A stretch of DNA of 64,000 nucleotides. It comes from an uncultured Porphyromonas sp. (GTDB taxonomy: Bacteria > Bacteroidota > Bacteroidia > Bacteroidales > Porphyromonadaceae). The notes under the pieces were generated by a model, which saw nothing but the letters and a program-made list of their open reading frames with translations, did not search any database and was not told where the DNA came from. The translations under genes were made by a program, and so were the position numbers. Within the stretch, counting starts at the first letter, position 1, and the number at the start of each line of letters is the position of its first letter. Below are positions 27,280-37,559 of the stretch, piece by piece. The DNA is taken from NCBI GenBank assembly GCA_905372565.1, contig CAJPPK010000007.1, positions 11,997 to 75,996 of the forward strand. The letters run 5' to 3'.

Positions 27280-28580
27280 TGAATCATTTACGTCACATCT
27301 TCGCTGAGTGTGCCCGAGTGATTGTGGGACTAACCTTCGTCTTCTCGGGGCTACTTAAGGCTATTGATCCGGTGGGGACAGCCTTGAAGGTGAAGGACTA
27401 TCTAGCGCCAGTAATCTCCTCTAGCTGGGAGGGAATGGAGTCGATGTCCTTAGTCATCTCCTTCCTCCTCTGTGGAGGAGAGTTTATCTTGGGGGCTTTC
27501 TTACTGGTCGGGATCTATCGTCGTCTATGTGCTCGTCTCTCTGTTTTGTTCATGCTTGGGATGACGGCGCTGACACTCTATATCCTGATCGCTAACCCGG
27601 TGAGCGACTGTGGTTGCTTCGGTGATGCCTTACAGCTAACGCATCTGCAGACCTTCCTGAAAAACCTTATTCTCCTACCTCTTACTATCTTTGTGCTCTG
27701 GCAAGCACGCTCTCTGCGACATCTCTATTCTCGGCGGGAGCGATGGGTGCCAGGGCTTCTTGCTGTCGTAGGGATAGGTTATTTTATGGCAGAGAACTAT
27801 CGACATCTCCCCTATCGTGACTTCCGACCCTATGCTATAGGGACGGATCTAAGACAAGCGATGACGGACGAACAGCTCCTCTTCCAGCAGAAGCTCCTAG
27901 AGGGGACTAAGTATATCTATCGCAAGGATGGGAAGGAACAGACTTTCTCTGCTACGACGCTTCCCGATAGTAGCTGGACTTTTGTCGAGGCTCGCAGTGG
28001 GAAGGAGGTCGAGACGCTTAAAGCGAAGTATGACTTCTCCCCCACGGACAGTCTAGGAGATCCAGTAGTTGATAAGATCCTAAATAATTCAGGGATTACG
28101 CTCCTTCTCTTGTCTCCCTCGTGGACGACGGCGAGCCAGGGAGCTATCGATGAGATCGCAGAGCTCTATAAGCAGAGTAACGATCTTGGTTATGCTTTCT
28201 ATGGAGTGAGTGCCTCCACTCCCGAGGAGACGAGTCGCTGGAGTTACCTCACAGGGGCGGCTTACCCGATGCTCCAGCTGGATGCGACTCCTATCCGTAC
28301 GATTATTCGTTCACAGCCTGGGCTTCTTGTCTTGCGAGATGGGAAGATCATTGACAAACGAGCTCCAGCAGACTTCCCTGAGGTCGAGGATGTCTCTACT
28401 TATTTGCGTGGTCTAGCTGATCCAGCACGTCCACTGCCGACACCTTCGGCTACGCGTACCTATCTTTTATGGGGATGGGTTGCGCTCCTTCTTCTAGGCT
28501 TCCTCCGCTTTTGGGCAAGGAAGCTCCATCTGACGGTGCATCTGCGCCTGCGTAAGCGTTTACATTTATCCAAATCATAA
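27279..28580 (+). CDS. MauE/DoxX-family membrane protein with a C-terminal extracytoplasmic domain
   Basis: 433 aa. N-terminal TM bundle carrying the DCGCFG motif ([12 protein letters not shown]), with one more C-terminal TM segment. The GTG start overlaps the preceding stop. Confidence 0.65.
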   Translation: MNHLRHIFAECARVIVGLTFVFSGLLKAIDPVGTALKVKDYLAPVISSSWEGMESMSLVISFLLCGGEFILGAFLLVGIYRRLCARLSVLFMLGMTALTLYILIANPVSDCGCFGDALQLTHLQTFLKNLILLPLTIFVLWQARSLRHLYSRRERWVPGLLAVVGIGYFMAENYRHLPYRDFRPYAIGTDLRQAMTDEQLLFQQKLLEGTKYIYRKDGKEQTFSATTLPDSSWTFVEARSGKEVETLKAKYDFSPTDSLGDPVVDKILNNSGITLLLLSPSWTTASQGAIDEIAELYKQSNDLGYAFYGVSASTPEETSRWSYLTGAAYPMLQLDATPIRTIIRSQPGLLVLRDGKIIDKRAPADFPEVEDVSTYLRGLADPARPLPTPSATRTYLLWGWVALLLLGFLRFWARKLHLTVHLRLRKRLHLSKS

Positions 28581-28596
28581 ATATCTACTTGACCCA

Positions 28597-29355
28597 ATGA
28601 GAAAGAATATCGTAGCTGGGAACTGGAAGATGAATAAGACCCTCTGCGAAGGTGTCTCCTTCATCGGCGAACTTAAGAATGCGCTGGCTGGTAAGAGCCT
28701 CAAGTGCGACGTGATCATCGGTGCTCCATTCATTCACCTAGCATCTATCGCTAAGGAAGCTGAAGGTAGCCCTGTGGCTATCGCTGCAGAGAATTGCGCT
28801 AACAAGGCTGAAGGCGCCTATACAGGTGAAGTATCGGCAGCTATGGTCGCTTCCACGGGGGCTCGCTATGTCATCCTTGGTCACAGCGAACGTCGTGCTT
28901 ATTACCACGAAGATGGTGCTGTGCTGACGGAGAAGGTTCGTCTCGCTCTAGACAACGGACTTGCTCCTATCTTCTGCATCGGTGAAGTCAAGGAAGAGCG
29001 TGAAGCTGGCAAGCACTTCGAGGTCGTCGAAGCACAGCTTGAGGAAGCCGTCTTCTCTCTCTCGGCTGAAGACTTCAAGAAGGTCATCCTAGCCTACGAG
29101 CCAGTATGGGCTATCGGTACGGGGCTTACAGCTTCGTCTGCTCAGGCACAGGAGATCCACGCTCATATCCGTAGCCTCATCGCTAAGAAGTATGGTGCAG
29201 AGATCGCTGAAGATACGACCATCCTTTACGGCGGTAGCTGTAATGGTGGCAATGCTAAGGAGCTCTTCTCTCAGCCTGATGTCGACGGTGGTCTCATCGG
29301 CGGTGCTTCACTGGCTGTAGACAAGTTCCTCCCCATCATCGAAGCCTTCAACTAG
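28597..29355 (+). CDS. tpiA: Triosephosphate isomerase
   Basis: Motifs [15 protein letters not shown] and [11 protein letters not shown]. Confidence 0.95.
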   Translation: MRKNIVAGNWKMNKTLCEGVSFIGELKNALAGKSLKCDVIIGAPFIHLASIAKEAEGSPVAIAAENCANKAEGAYTGEVSAAMVASTGARYVILGHSERRAYYHEDGAVLTEKVRLALDNGLAPIFCIGEVKEEREAGKHFEVVEAQLEEAVFSLSAEDFKKVILAYEPVWAIGTGLTASSAQAQEIHAHIRSLIAKKYGAEIAEDTTILYGGSCNGGNAKELFSQPDVDGGLIGGASLAVDKFLPIIEAFN

Positions 29356-29443
29356 GCTCTCCCTCGAAGCTATCCTCCTCGCCCGATAGGGGTGAGGAGG
29401 ATGCTTTGCTTCTATCCCGATTCCATTTATCCGACCAGCTGTT

Positions 29444-29977
29444 ATGCTTAGACGTACTCGACGGGCACTCCTTGCCCTTCTCTGCAGTGGTGCCCTTCTG
29501 ACTGCCTCGGCGCAGACGGCTCCTGAGAAGACGCGCCCTCGCAATATCTTCGATGCCTTGGAGCAGATTGCCCCAGGTGAAGGTTTGGTGACCATTCTCC
29601 AAGCCTCAGAGCTTCGTAGTCGCATTGGACAAGCTGCGGCACCTCGAGGGTCGGGGGTCTTGGCTCGTGATGGTGCTTACTCTATCCTCAACGGCTATCG
29701 TATCCAGCTCTTCAATAGTAACCTGCCTAACGCTAAGACCGAGGCCTACGCTCGTGCCGAGATCCTACGCAAGGCAGCACCCACGCTCAGTGGCTACATC
29801 ACCTTCCGTGCTCCCTTCTGGAGACTCACGGTCGGCAACTTCCTCTCTCACGAAGAAGCACGTGCGGCGCGTGCTCGTCTTCTCCACCTTCTCCCAGCTT
29901 GGGGTAAGGAATCCTATATCGTCCGCGAACGTGTCCGCATCTTGAACTACACTGCGCCCCATGAGTCCGAAGAATAG
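29444..29977 (+). CDS. SPOR-domain protein
   Basis: Signal peptide plus a C-terminal SPOR-like repeat ([30 protein letters not shown]). Confidence 0.65.
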   Translation: MLRRTRRALLALLCSGALLTASAQTAPEKTRPRNIFDALEQIAPGEGLVTILQASELRSRIGQAAAPRGSGVLARDGAYSILNGYRIQLFNSNLPNAKTEAYARAEILRKAAPTLSGYITFRAPFWRLTVGNFLSHEEARAARARLLHLLPAWGKESYIVRERVRILNYTAPHESEE

Positions 29978-30581
29978 CCTATCTGCTGACCAGCTCACCT
30001 ACGTGAGTCAGGACGAGCAAACACGTGAGGAAACCCTCCGCTACCACTATCAGGAGATCCTGCGACTGCTAGGCGAAGACCCCGAGCGCGAGGGTCTTAT
30101 CAAGACCCCAGAGCGGGTTGCCAAGGCCATGCGCTTCCTCACTTCGGGCATGCAGCAAGACCCGATCGGGATCATCCATGGAGCGATGTTCAAGGAAGAC
30201 TATAGGCAGATGGTCATCGTCAAGGACATTGACTTCTATTCTCTCTGCGAGCATCACATGCTACCCTTCTTCGGTAAGGTGCATATCGGCTATATCCCCA
30301 ATGGCTACATCACGGGTCTGTCGAAGCTACCCCGTGTCGTGGATGTCTTCGCCCGTCGCCTTCAGGTGCAGGAGCGTCTGACGACCCAGATCAAGGACTG
30401 TATCCACGAGGCACTGAACCCCCTCGGTGTCATCGTCGTCATCGAGGCTCAGCACATGTGTATGCAGATGCGTGGGGTCGAGAAGCAGAACTCCTTCACC
30501 ACCACGAGTGACTTTACCGGAGCCTTCCGTGAGGCTAAGACCCGTGAAGAGTTTATGCAGCTCATCACGCACGGCCGCTAA
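29961..30581 (+). CDS. folE: GTP cyclohydrolase I
   Basis: 206 aa with the FolE active-site region [12 protein letters not shown] and the QERLT motif. Confidence 0.95.
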   Translation: MSPKNSLSADQLTYVSQDEQTREETLRYHYQEILRLLGEDPEREGLIKTPERVAKAMRFLTSGMQQDPIGIIHGAMFKEDYRQMVIVKDIDFYSLCEHHMLPFFGKVHIGYIPNGYITGLSKLPRVVDVFARRLQVQERLTTQIKDCIHEALNPLGVIVVIEAQHMCMQMRGVEKQNSFTTTSDFTGAFREAKTREEFMQLITHGR

Positions 30582-30604
30582 TCTTCCACTGAAGTATCAG
30601 ACCA

Positions 30605-30648
30605 TTCGCCCCGCCCTAGGATCTTCCTAAGGCGGGGCAAGTTTCTTT
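30605..30648 (+). terminator. Probable terminator after folE
   Basis: GC stem GCCCCGCC / GGCGGGGC followed by GTTTCTTT. Confidence 0.5.
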
Positions 30649-30723
30649 GAACCCAAAGAGGAGAGGAGTAGGTGAAGCGAGCTTCCTCTTTTTCGTGGAT
30701 GAAGCAAATGCCTTGCTCTCCCG

Positions 30724-30833
30724 AAGGTAGCTGTGTGCCGTGCTATAGGTATAGGTTTGAATGAGAAAAGGTATAGGTATCATATGGCGAACCTATACCT
30801 TTTCGGAGGGAGAGGTGGCTGTCTGGGAGGGCG
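30724..30833 (+). repeat. Family-3 array R: 22-bp-period AAGGTA-core units between the convergent folE and recG genes
   Basis: Cores at 30724 (AAGGTAGCTG), 30746 (TAGGTATAGG), 30768 (AAGGTATAGG), 30790 (inverted AACCTATACCTTTT) and 30812 (GAGGTGGCTG). Units 3 and 4 form a hairpin (30766-30803) that would serve as the recG terminator on the - strand. Confidence 0.65.
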
Positions 30834-30840
30834 TAGCTCC

Positions 30841-32952
30841 TTAGGAGATCAAGCTCCAGCCTGGTCGCTCGGCGTAGATGGCCTCTAGGCGGGAGCGAAG
30901 CAGGGTGTTTTCGGGGGCCAAGAGGTCAGGGTCGGCCTCGAGAATGCGCTCGGCGAGCTCTCGGGTATACTGCACCATGGCTCCATCTAGGGCGGGGTTG
31001 GCGATGCGTAGGCTCAACTGCTGTCCGCTCTGTCTCGTGCCTTCGATCTCCCCAAAGCCACGCATACGCATATCTTCCTCGGCGATGACGAAGCCATCGG
31101 TCGTCTCTACCATGATGTCGATACGTCGCTTGGCGTCGTCGCCTAGCTCGCTCCCCGTGACGAGGATGCAGTAGCTCTGGCTGGCGCCACGGCCTACTCG
31201 CCCACGGAGCTGGTGTAGCTGGGCAAGACCGAAGCGGTTAGCCCCCTCGATGACCATCACGGTGGCGTTGGGGACGTTGACCCCGACCTCGATGACGGTC
31301 GTAGCGAGGAGGATCTTGGCCTGACCGCTGATGAAGCGCTGCATAGCTTCGTCCTTGACGTCTGCCTTCATCTTGCCATGTACAGATACGACTTCCCAGT
31401 CTCGAAAGCGCTCGGTGTAGCGACGAAGACCTTCCTGCAGAGCTCGCATCGAAGCCTCTTCCTGCTCCTCGATCATAGGGAAGACGACGTAGGCCTGTCT
31501 GCCTTCGGCCAGTTGCTTATCGAGGAAGTTGTAGACAGCGTACATCTGGCTCTCGCTTTGGTGGTAGGTCTCGATGGGCTTACGTCCAGGGGGGAGCTCG
31601 TCAATGACGGAGATATCGAGATCTCCGTAGAGTGTCATCGCCAGCGTACGTGGGATCGGCGTGGCGCTCATGATGAGGATATGGGGGTGGAAGCTCTCCC
31701 CCTTCTGCCAGAGTCCCGAGCGCTGGACGACCCCGAAGCGGTGCTGCTCGTCGATGACGGCTAGCCCCAGCTGGTGAAACTGTACCGTGGGCTCGAGCAA
31801 GGCATGTGTCCCCACGATCAGCGGGAGCGATCCCGTGGCGAGGTCAGCTAGGAGCTTCCTTCGCTCAGCCTTCTTGGTGCTACCGATAAGCAAGCCTACT
31901 TCTAGCCCCAGAGGCTGGAGGTATTCGGAGAGAGAGGCATGGTGCTGACGGGCTAAGATCTCGGTCGGCGCCATGAGACAGGCTTGATAGCCATTGTCCA
32001 CGCTGAGTAGCATGGCGAAGAGGGCTACTAGGGTCTTCCCGCTACCTACATCTCCCTGGACGAGGCGGTTCATCTGCTTCCCGCCGATGACGTCCTGCTG
32101 GATCTCTCGCAGTACCCTCTTCTGTGCGCCCGTTAGGTCGAAGGGGAGGCTAGCGTAGAGTCCACGGAAGGTTTCCCCTACCTGGGGCAAAAGAACGCCT
32201 GGGATATGAGCCTTTCGCTCGGACTTCATCCGCAGAAGACGTAGCTGGATGAAGAAGAGTTCGTCGAACTTGAGGCGTCTGCGGGCAGCCTCTAGTCGCT
32301 CGTTGGTCTTAGGGAAGTGGATCTCTTCGATCGCCTCAGCGTAGCCCATGAGCCGTGCCGAGGAGATGATCTGTATCGGGAGAGTCTCCTGAAGGTGCGG
32401 GAGAGCAGACTCTTTGAGCAGATAGACGAGGTCGCGAAGCTGGCGATTCTGGAGGCCAGCACGCTTGAGCTTCTCCGTGAGGGGGTAGACAGGGACAAGC
32501 CCGCTAGAAAGTTGCTGAGCCTTCGCCGTATCATCCATCTCGGGATGGGTGATGGAGTAAGCGCCATTGAAGAAGGAGGGCTTGCCAAAGACGAGGTATT
32601 CTTGTCCGAGGGTATAGAGGTTGCGAATGATATGCAGTGCCTTGAACCAGACAAGCTCGATCGTCCCCGTGCCGTCACTGAAGTAGCCGACGAGCCGACG
32701 CTTCCTGCCTTCGCCCACTTCCTTGAACTCTCGGAGGTGACCACGTAGCTGGACGTAGGGCATTTCCCCTCTCAGCTCTCGGATCGTGTAGACCCTCGAT
32801 CGGTCGATGTAGCGAGTAGGGAAGTAATGGAGTAGATCAAGGTAGGTATATAGGTCGAGCTCCTCGGCGAGTAGCTTAGCTCGCTTGGGGCCGACCTGTG
32901 GGAGATAGATCAGCGGAGTGCGGAAGAAGTCTTGGGGGGAGGGCATCGGCAC
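30841..32952 (-). CDS. recG: ATP-dependent DNA helicase RecG
   Basis: 703 aa. Wedge/OB N-terminal region and SF2 helicase motifs GDVGSGKT and DEQHRFG. Confidence 0.95.
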   Translation of the reverse strand: MPMPSPQDFFRTPLIYLPQVGPKRAKLLAEELDLYTYLDLLHYFPTRYIDRSRVYTIRELRGEMPYVQLRGHLREFKEVGEGRKRRLVGYFSDGTGTIELVWFKALHIIRNLYTLGQEYLVFGKPSFFNGAYSITHPEMDDTAKAQQLSSGLVPVYPLTEKLKRAGLQNRQLRDLVYLLKESALPHLQETLPIQIISSARLMGYAEAIEEIHFPKTNERLEAARRRLKFDELFFIQLRLLRMKSERKAHIPGVLLPQVGETFRGLYASLPFDLTGAQKRVLREIQQDVIGGKQMNRLVQGDVGSGKTLVALFAMLLSVDNGYQACLMAPTEILARQHHASLSEYLQPLGLEVGLLIGSTKKAERRKLLADLATGSLPLIVGTHALLEPTVQFHQLGLAVIDEQHRFGVVQRSGLWQKGESFHPHILIMSATPIPRTLAMTLYGDLDISVIDELPPGRKPIETYHQSESQMYAVYNFLDKQLAEGRQAYVVFPMIEEQEEASMRALQEGLRRYTERFRDWEVVSVHGKMKADVKDEAMQRFISGQAKILLATTVIEVGVNVPNATVMVIEGANRFGLAQLHQLRGRVGRGASQSYCILVTGSELGDDAKRRIDIMVETTDGFVIAEEDMRMRGFGEIEGTRQSGQQLSLRIANPALDGAMVQYTRELAERILEADPDLLAPENTLLRSRLEAIYAERPGWSLIS

Positions 32953-32970
32953 AGAGCTGTCGGCTTAGGG

Positions 32971-33654
32971 TTACGCTTGGGTAAGTAGCAGCTCGGCCAA
33001 GGAGAGATCGAGCGGGGTCGTGATCTTGATATTGGTTCGCTCGCCTGGAACTAGGGCTGGGGCACCAAAGCCACTGGCCTCATAGACAGAGGCGTCATCC
33101 GTAAAGGTCGGCTGATAGGGCTGGAGGTAGGCTGTGTGGAGGCGCTCTAGAGAGAAAGTCTGGGGTGTCTGCACCCCGACAAACTGGCTTCGCTCGACGG
33201 CATGGCTGGAGCCTGTCTCGTCAAGCTGGCGGAGACTATCGGTCATCGGTAGAGCGGGTAGAGCAGCTCCGACTGCCTCTGCTTGGACGAAGCAGGCCTC
33301 GATCAGCTCTTGGCTTACGAGGGGACGGACGCCATCGTGTACGGCCACCCAGCCAGACTTAGGAAGCTGGTGGAGGGCGGAGAGCACGGAGTGAAAGCGA
33401 GTCTCACCTCCGAGGGCTAAGCGGATCGGGAGGGTGAAGCCATACTCTTGGCATAGACCCTCCCAATATGTAATATGGTCTTCGGGGAGGACAAGGATGA
33501 CTTCGTCTACGACACGAGCGAAGCGCTCGAGCGTATGCATGAGTACGGGGCGACCGGCTAGCGGGAGAAATTGCTTCGGTAGAGCACTACCCATGCGTAG
33601 TCCCTTGCCTCCAGCTACGATGATCGCATAGCGGGGTAGCTTAGAGGTCGGCAT
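32971..33654 (-). CDS. ispD: 2-C-methyl-D-erythritol 4-phosphate cytidylyltransferase
   Basis: 227 aa with the N-terminal IIVAGGKGLRMG motif. Confidence 0.9.
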   Translation of the reverse strand: MPTSKLPRYAIIVAGGKGLRMGSALPKQFLPLAGRPVLMHTLERFARVVDEVILVLPEDHITYWEGLCQEYGFTLPIRLALGGETRFHSVLSALHQLPKSGWVAVHDGVRPLVSQELIEACFVQAEAVGAALPALPMTDSLRQLDETGSSHAVERSQFVGVQTPQTFSLERLHTAYLQPYQPTFTDDASVYEASGFGAPALVPGERTNIKITTPLDLSLAELLLTQA

Positions 33655-33871
33655 CGGAAGAGTCCTCTGTGAGCTGGGCCATGAGGGAGGCTAACTGTTT
33701 GTCGGCTTTGGTGAGCTTCTCTCGGCAGAACTTCGTGAGCGCTACGGCTTCTTCGACGAGGCCCGTGAGCTCATCGACATCGGGATTCTCCTGCTCAATC
33801 AAACGAACGATGGTGTCGAGGCGAGTGGATGCCTCCTTGTAGGTCAAGTCGGACTTGAGTTGCTTAGGCAT
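33641..33871 (-). CDS. xseB: Exodeoxyribonuclease VII small subunit
   Basis: 76-aa helical hairpin protein (..YKEASTRLDTIVRLIE....VDELTGLVEEAVALTKFCREKLTKAD). It overlaps the ispD start by 14 nt. Confidence 0.7.
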   Translation of the reverse strand: MPKQLKSDLTYKEASTRLDTIVRLIEQENPDVDELTGLVEEAVALTKFCREKLTKADKQLASLMAQLTEDSSDADL

Positions 33872-33903
33872 AAGCGAATGTCTACATAGCTAATAATTAA
33901 GCG

Positions 33904-33911
33904 CAAAGTTA
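33904..33911 (-). promoter_or_regulatory. -7 promoter box TAACTTTG (on the - strand) for xseB-ispD-recG
   Basis: The + strand CAAAGTTA is TAACTTTG on the - strand, 33 nt upstream of the xseB ATG. Confidence 0.5.
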
Positions 33912-34083
33912 GTGATAATGCTACCAAAGGCTGGTCTTTGTGCTTTTATGGTCTCGTTTCCTAAAATTTTTATGCTATGGGTAGCTTTGTTGACTCCCTT
34001 CTTGTGCTCTGAATCGCTTACTGCAAAGTATATAAAAGGTTCATTCCAAGTTGTAATAATTTGTGTCTTTATAAGGAAAGTTA

Positions 34084-34091
34084 TATCTTTG
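34084..34091 (+). promoter_or_regulatory. -7 promoter box TATCTTTG upstream of the OmpA-family gene
   Basis: Exact match within an AT-rich 340-bp intergenic region, 120 nt upstream of the ATG at 34211. Confidence 0.4.
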
Positions 34092-34210
34092 CCCCAAATA
34101 AGTTGCAGGGACAGGCTGATGCGCCACCTTAGGAATCATCAGAATTACACTTTGGTCTAGCCCTAGTGATCGATAGGTCTGTCAATAAAAACTCGATAAT
34201 AAAGAAGATT

Positions 34211-35509
34211 ATGATTAAAAAAACTTTCGTAGCTGCAGTAGCTTGTCTCTTCGCTGGCTCTATGCTGCAGGCTCAGCAGACCACTGACTCCGTGTATACG
34301 GTAGAAGTGAAGAATGCTGACAAGTATCGTGTCGAAACCAATCGCTTCGGTGCAAACTGGTTCATCGGTATCGGTGCAGGTGCACAGATGTACTTCGGTG
34401 ACCACGACAAGCAGATGCGTCTCGGCGATCGTATCACTCCAAACTTCGAAGCTTACTTCGGTAAGTGGTTTACTCCAGGTCTTGGGGTACGTATCGGCGC
34501 TAACGGGTATAAGATCAAGGGTGTAGCTGGATTTGATGGTCATAAGGGAGGTGCTATTAACTACGGGAACTATGGTGGCTTCATCAAGGAACCTCGTGTG
34601 GTTTATCCTCACTCTGATCGTAACAAGGTTCCATACGACCTCTATGAGACTGAAATGGATTACATCCACGCTCATGCGGATGTCCTCTTCAATCTTTCGC
34701 AGCTCGTTTGCGGGTATAACGAAGATCGTTTCTACTCCTTCATCCCTTATGCCGGTCTAGGTTTTGCTACCAGCCTCAATAAGGCATCTCAGACGGGTCG
34801 CTACTCTCATGAAGTAACAGCTAGCGTTGGTCTTCTCAATCGCTTCCGTATCAACCGTGCTTGGGATATCAATTTTGATGTTCGTGGTGCTTATGTTTCT
34901 GACCACTTCGATCAGGAAGATGCTTCTATCGATCGTGCTACAGGTCGAATTGGCACTATCGCCGGTCACTGGGGTGAAGGTCTTCTGACGGCTACGCTTG
35001 GTGTTAGCTATAACATCCCTCGTCGTGGATGGGATCGTAGCACTATCACCACGATCCGTGTTAACGAGAATGTCCTCGAAGGTCTACGTAACCGCCTCGG
35101 TGAGCTAGAATCAATGAACAGCGACCTCCGTCGCCAGCTTGAAGAAGCTCTTAACCGTGAAGTTACTGTTGAGAACGTTACGGTGATGCCTCTTCTTGTC
35201 ACCTTCCCAATCAATCGTTGGGTTCTTTCTCACAAGGATCGTGTAAACCTTGGCTTCCTCGCTGAAGCTCTTAAGGCTAATCCTAAGCTTGTTTATGCTG
35301 TCTCTGGATTTGCTGATAAGGGTACGGGTAGCGTGAAGCGTAATATCTTCCTCGCTCGCAAGCGTGCAGAAGTTGTTTACGACTGCCTCGTTAAGGAATT
35401 CGGTGTCTCTGAATCACAGCTTAAGAAGGATTCTAACGGTGGTGTAGCTAACATGTACTACAACGACCCACGTTGTAGCCGTTCGGTCCTCGCTAAGATC
35501 GCTGAATAA
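34211..35509 (+). CDS. OmpA-family outer membrane protein (beta-barrel + coiled coil + OmpA_C)
   Basis: Signal peptide MIKKTFVAAVACLFAGSMLQAQ, a coiled-coil segment LEGLRNRLGELESMNSDLRRQLEEAL, and a C-terminal OmpA-like domain (..GFADKGTGSVKRNIFLARKRAEVV). Confidence 0.85.
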   Translation: MIKKTFVAAVACLFAGSMLQAQQTTDSVYTVEVKNADKYRVETNRFGANWFIGIGAGAQMYFGDHDKQMRLGDRITPNFEAYFGKWFTPGLGVRIGANGYKIKGVAGFDGHKGGAINYGNYGGFIKEPRVVYPHSDRNKVPYDLYETEMDYIHAHADVLFNLSQLVCGYNEDRFYSFIPYAGLGFATSLNKASQTGRYSHEVTASVGLLNRFRINRAWDINFDVRGAYVSDHFDQEDASIDRATGRIGTIAGHWGEGLLTATLGVSYNIPRRGWDRSTITTIRVNENVLEGLRNRLGELESMNSDLRRQLEEALNREVTVENVTVMPLLVTFPINRWVLSHKDRVNLGFLAEALKANPKLVYAVSGFADKGTGSVKRNIFLARKRAEVVYDCLVKEFGVSESQLKKDSNGGVANMYYNDPRCSRSVLAKIAE

Positions 35510-35603
35510 TTCTCACTCTTAATTTGCTTTCCTGTTACTCATGGATTTGCACTAATCGATGAACGATCTGTGACTCCACAGTAGTAACGTTAGCAGTCTT
35601 CTG

Positions 35604-35655
35604 AAGGCCTCCCTCTCTAGCAATATGATTCGCCAGGAGGGAGGCCTTTATTCTT
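35604..35655 (+). terminator. Rho-independent terminator after the OmpA-family gene
   Basis: 12-bp stem AAGGCCTCCCTC / GAGGGAGGCCTT followed by TATTCTT. Confidence 0.7.
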
Positions 35656-35682
35656 AATCTCCTCATCTAGCTCTCATCTCCG

Positions 35683-36558
35683 ATGAAACATGCCTACATG
35701 ATCCTAGCTCATGGCGAGCCTGAGCTATTGCAGCTTCTTCTAGAACGGCTAGATGATCCACGGAATGATATCTACATCCATCTAGATCAGAAGTGGACCA
35801 ATCCTCCTAAGCTGGCGACAAAGCAGGCTAAACTCTTTCTGCTAACTAAGCGAGTGGATGTTCGCTGGGCAGATGTGAGTATGCTTGAGGCGGAGTATGC
35901 GCTCTTTCATGCGGTAAAAGACTCTGGGCAGAGTTACGCCTATCACCATCTCCTCTCAGGAGTGGATCTTCCGATAAAGACGCAAGACTATATCCATCAA
36001 TTCTTCCTCGAGAATAATGGGAAGGAGTTTGTGGGAATTCATCAGCGCCCTATGAGCTTCCGAGCTGATCGGGCTCTGCATTATTGGCATCCTTTCACGC
36101 GCTCTTTTCGAGGAAAGGGAGTTGCGTTTCAGCTTAAACGTATCCTACGTTACCTCATTGTACAGGTGCAGGTGCTACTTGGCCTCCGACGTAATGTCTC
36201 CATCTCTTTCCAGAAGGGAGGACAATGGGTCAGTATCACTTCAGATCTTGTGGATTATCTCCTAAAGCATGAAGAGCCGGTCTTGTCTTGCTATGCTGGG
36301 ACATTTGGAGCCGATGAGTATTTTATTCCTACTCTTCTCTGGAATTCTCCGTTGCGAGAGCGTCTCTATTGTGCAACGGATGAGACGCTCGGAGCTATGC
36401 GTTATATAGGGTGGCGATCCGATGGTCAACTCCTCGCTTTTAGCTCAGAGGATTTACCTGAGCTCCAGCAGACCTCTTGTCTTTTTGCTCGTAAGTTTGA
36501 TCTTCGTGATCGATCTTTCTTAGAAAAGGTCCTTCTCCTTTCCAAGCCGACTCCTTAG
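35683..36558 (+). CDS. Glycosyltransferase family 14 (core-2/I-branching type)
   Basis: 291 aa. The N-terminus MKHAYMILAHGEPELLQLLLERLDDPRNDIYIHLD is typical of the bacterial GT14 family. Confidence 0.7.
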   Translation: MKHAYMILAHGEPELLQLLLERLDDPRNDIYIHLDQKWTNPPKLATKQAKLFLLTKRVDVRWADVSMLEAEYALFHAVKDSGQSYAYHHLLSGVDLPIKTQDYIHQFFLENNGKEFVGIHQRPMSFRADRALHYWHPFTRSFRGKGVAFQLKRILRYLIVQVQVLLGLRRNVSISFQKGGQWVSITSDLVDYLLKHEEPVLSCYAGTFGADEYFIPTLLWNSPLRERLYCATDETLGAMRYIGWRSDGQLLAFSSEDLPELQQTSCLFARKFDLRDRSFLEKVLLLSKPTP

Positions 36559-36571
36559 ATTTATCACTTCT

Positions 36572-37549
36572 ATGCTACCTCCCTTAGTCTCTATCATTAT
36601 TCCCGTCTATCGAGCAGAGAAGACTCTCCCTGCGTGCCTAGACCAGCTTAAGGCGCAGAGCTATCGTAGTCTCCAGTTGATATTCATTGATGATTGTAGC
36701 CCTGATGGGAGCTATGCTTACCTCACATCACAGCGGGGGGAGCTTGAAGCATTGGGGATGGAGGTGACCTTACTACGGCATGAGAAGAATCAGGGAGTTG
36801 CAGTAGCTCGTAATACAGGATTAGACGCAGCTCACGGAGAGTATATTTACTCTGTGGATGCAGATGACCGTCTTGCTGATAATGCGATTGAGTTGCTTGT
36901 GAAAGCAGCTGAGCAGAGCCAGATGGATGTGGTTGGTTGTGAGTACTACCTTGAGGAAGGCGCTCATGCACGTCAGATTCATCAGCCTGATGTTAAGACG
37001 GGGCAAGAGGCATTTCAACAGATCTGTTATGGGCGGATGAAGTGGAACCTCTGGCTCTTCTTATTCCGACGAGAGCTCATTGAGAAACCTGAGCCCTTAC
37101 GCTTCCTGCCGGGGAAGAATATGGGAGAAGATCTTATGCTTTTGGGGCGTCTACTTGATCGAGCCAATGGTGTTGAGATCATTCATCAGCCTCTATATAC
37201 ATATGTTCGCTCGGACGAACAGATCACAGGGTCTTACCGGCCAGAGCATTGGTCTCAGGTTTTTGCTAATCTAGAGATGCTTGATTCCTCACTCTCTTCG
37301 GAGGCTCGAGCTTATATCCCTTATCTTAAGCTGACTCTTAAACGCCCTCTTCTCGTCACGGGAAAGAAAGCTGACTATCATCGTTGGACAGATACTTATC
37401 GGGAGACAGATCCTTTTATCATGCAGAATCCTAGTCTTCCCTTTCGCTCTAAGATTCTTGAGCAAATGGCGGCTAAAGGACAATATTGGTATGTTGCCTT
37501 GTACTACCATGTCGTGATGCGTGGACTGTATTCACTTTTCTATCGGTAG
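36572..37549 (+). CDS. Glycosyltransferase family 2
   Basis: Motifs VSIIIPVYRAEKTL, DDCSPDGS and SVDADD (DXD). Confidence 0.85.
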   Translation: MLPPLVSIIIPVYRAEKTLPACLDQLKAQSYRSLQLIFIDDCSPDGSYAYLTSQRGELEALGMEVTLLRHEKNQGVAVARNTGLDAAHGEYIYSVDADDRLADNAIELLVKAAEQSQMDVVGCEYYLEEGAHARQIHQPDVKTGQEAFQQICYGRMKWNLWLFLFRRELIEKPEPLRFLPGKNMGEDLMLLGRLLDRANGVEIIHQPLYTYVRSDEQITGSYRPEHWSQVFANLEMLDSSLSSEARAYIPYLKLTLKRPLLVTGKKADYHRWTDTYRETDPFIMQNPSLPFRSKILEQMAAKGQYWYVALYYHVVMRGLYSLFYR

Positions 37550-37559
37550 AACATAGCCT

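Noticed and set aside
33912-34160. 82-aa ORF in the AT-rich region upstream of the OmpA-family gene.
   Set aside because: It lies in a 340-bp AT-rich divergent promoter region that contains the -7 boxes for both flanking operons. The hydrophobic-looking product is a typical AT-rich artefact.
34163-34675. 170-aa ORF antisense to the 5' half of the OmpA-family gene.
   Set aside because: The + strand frame has a signal peptide, a coiled coil and an OmpA_C domain. The - strand frame has no recognisable features.
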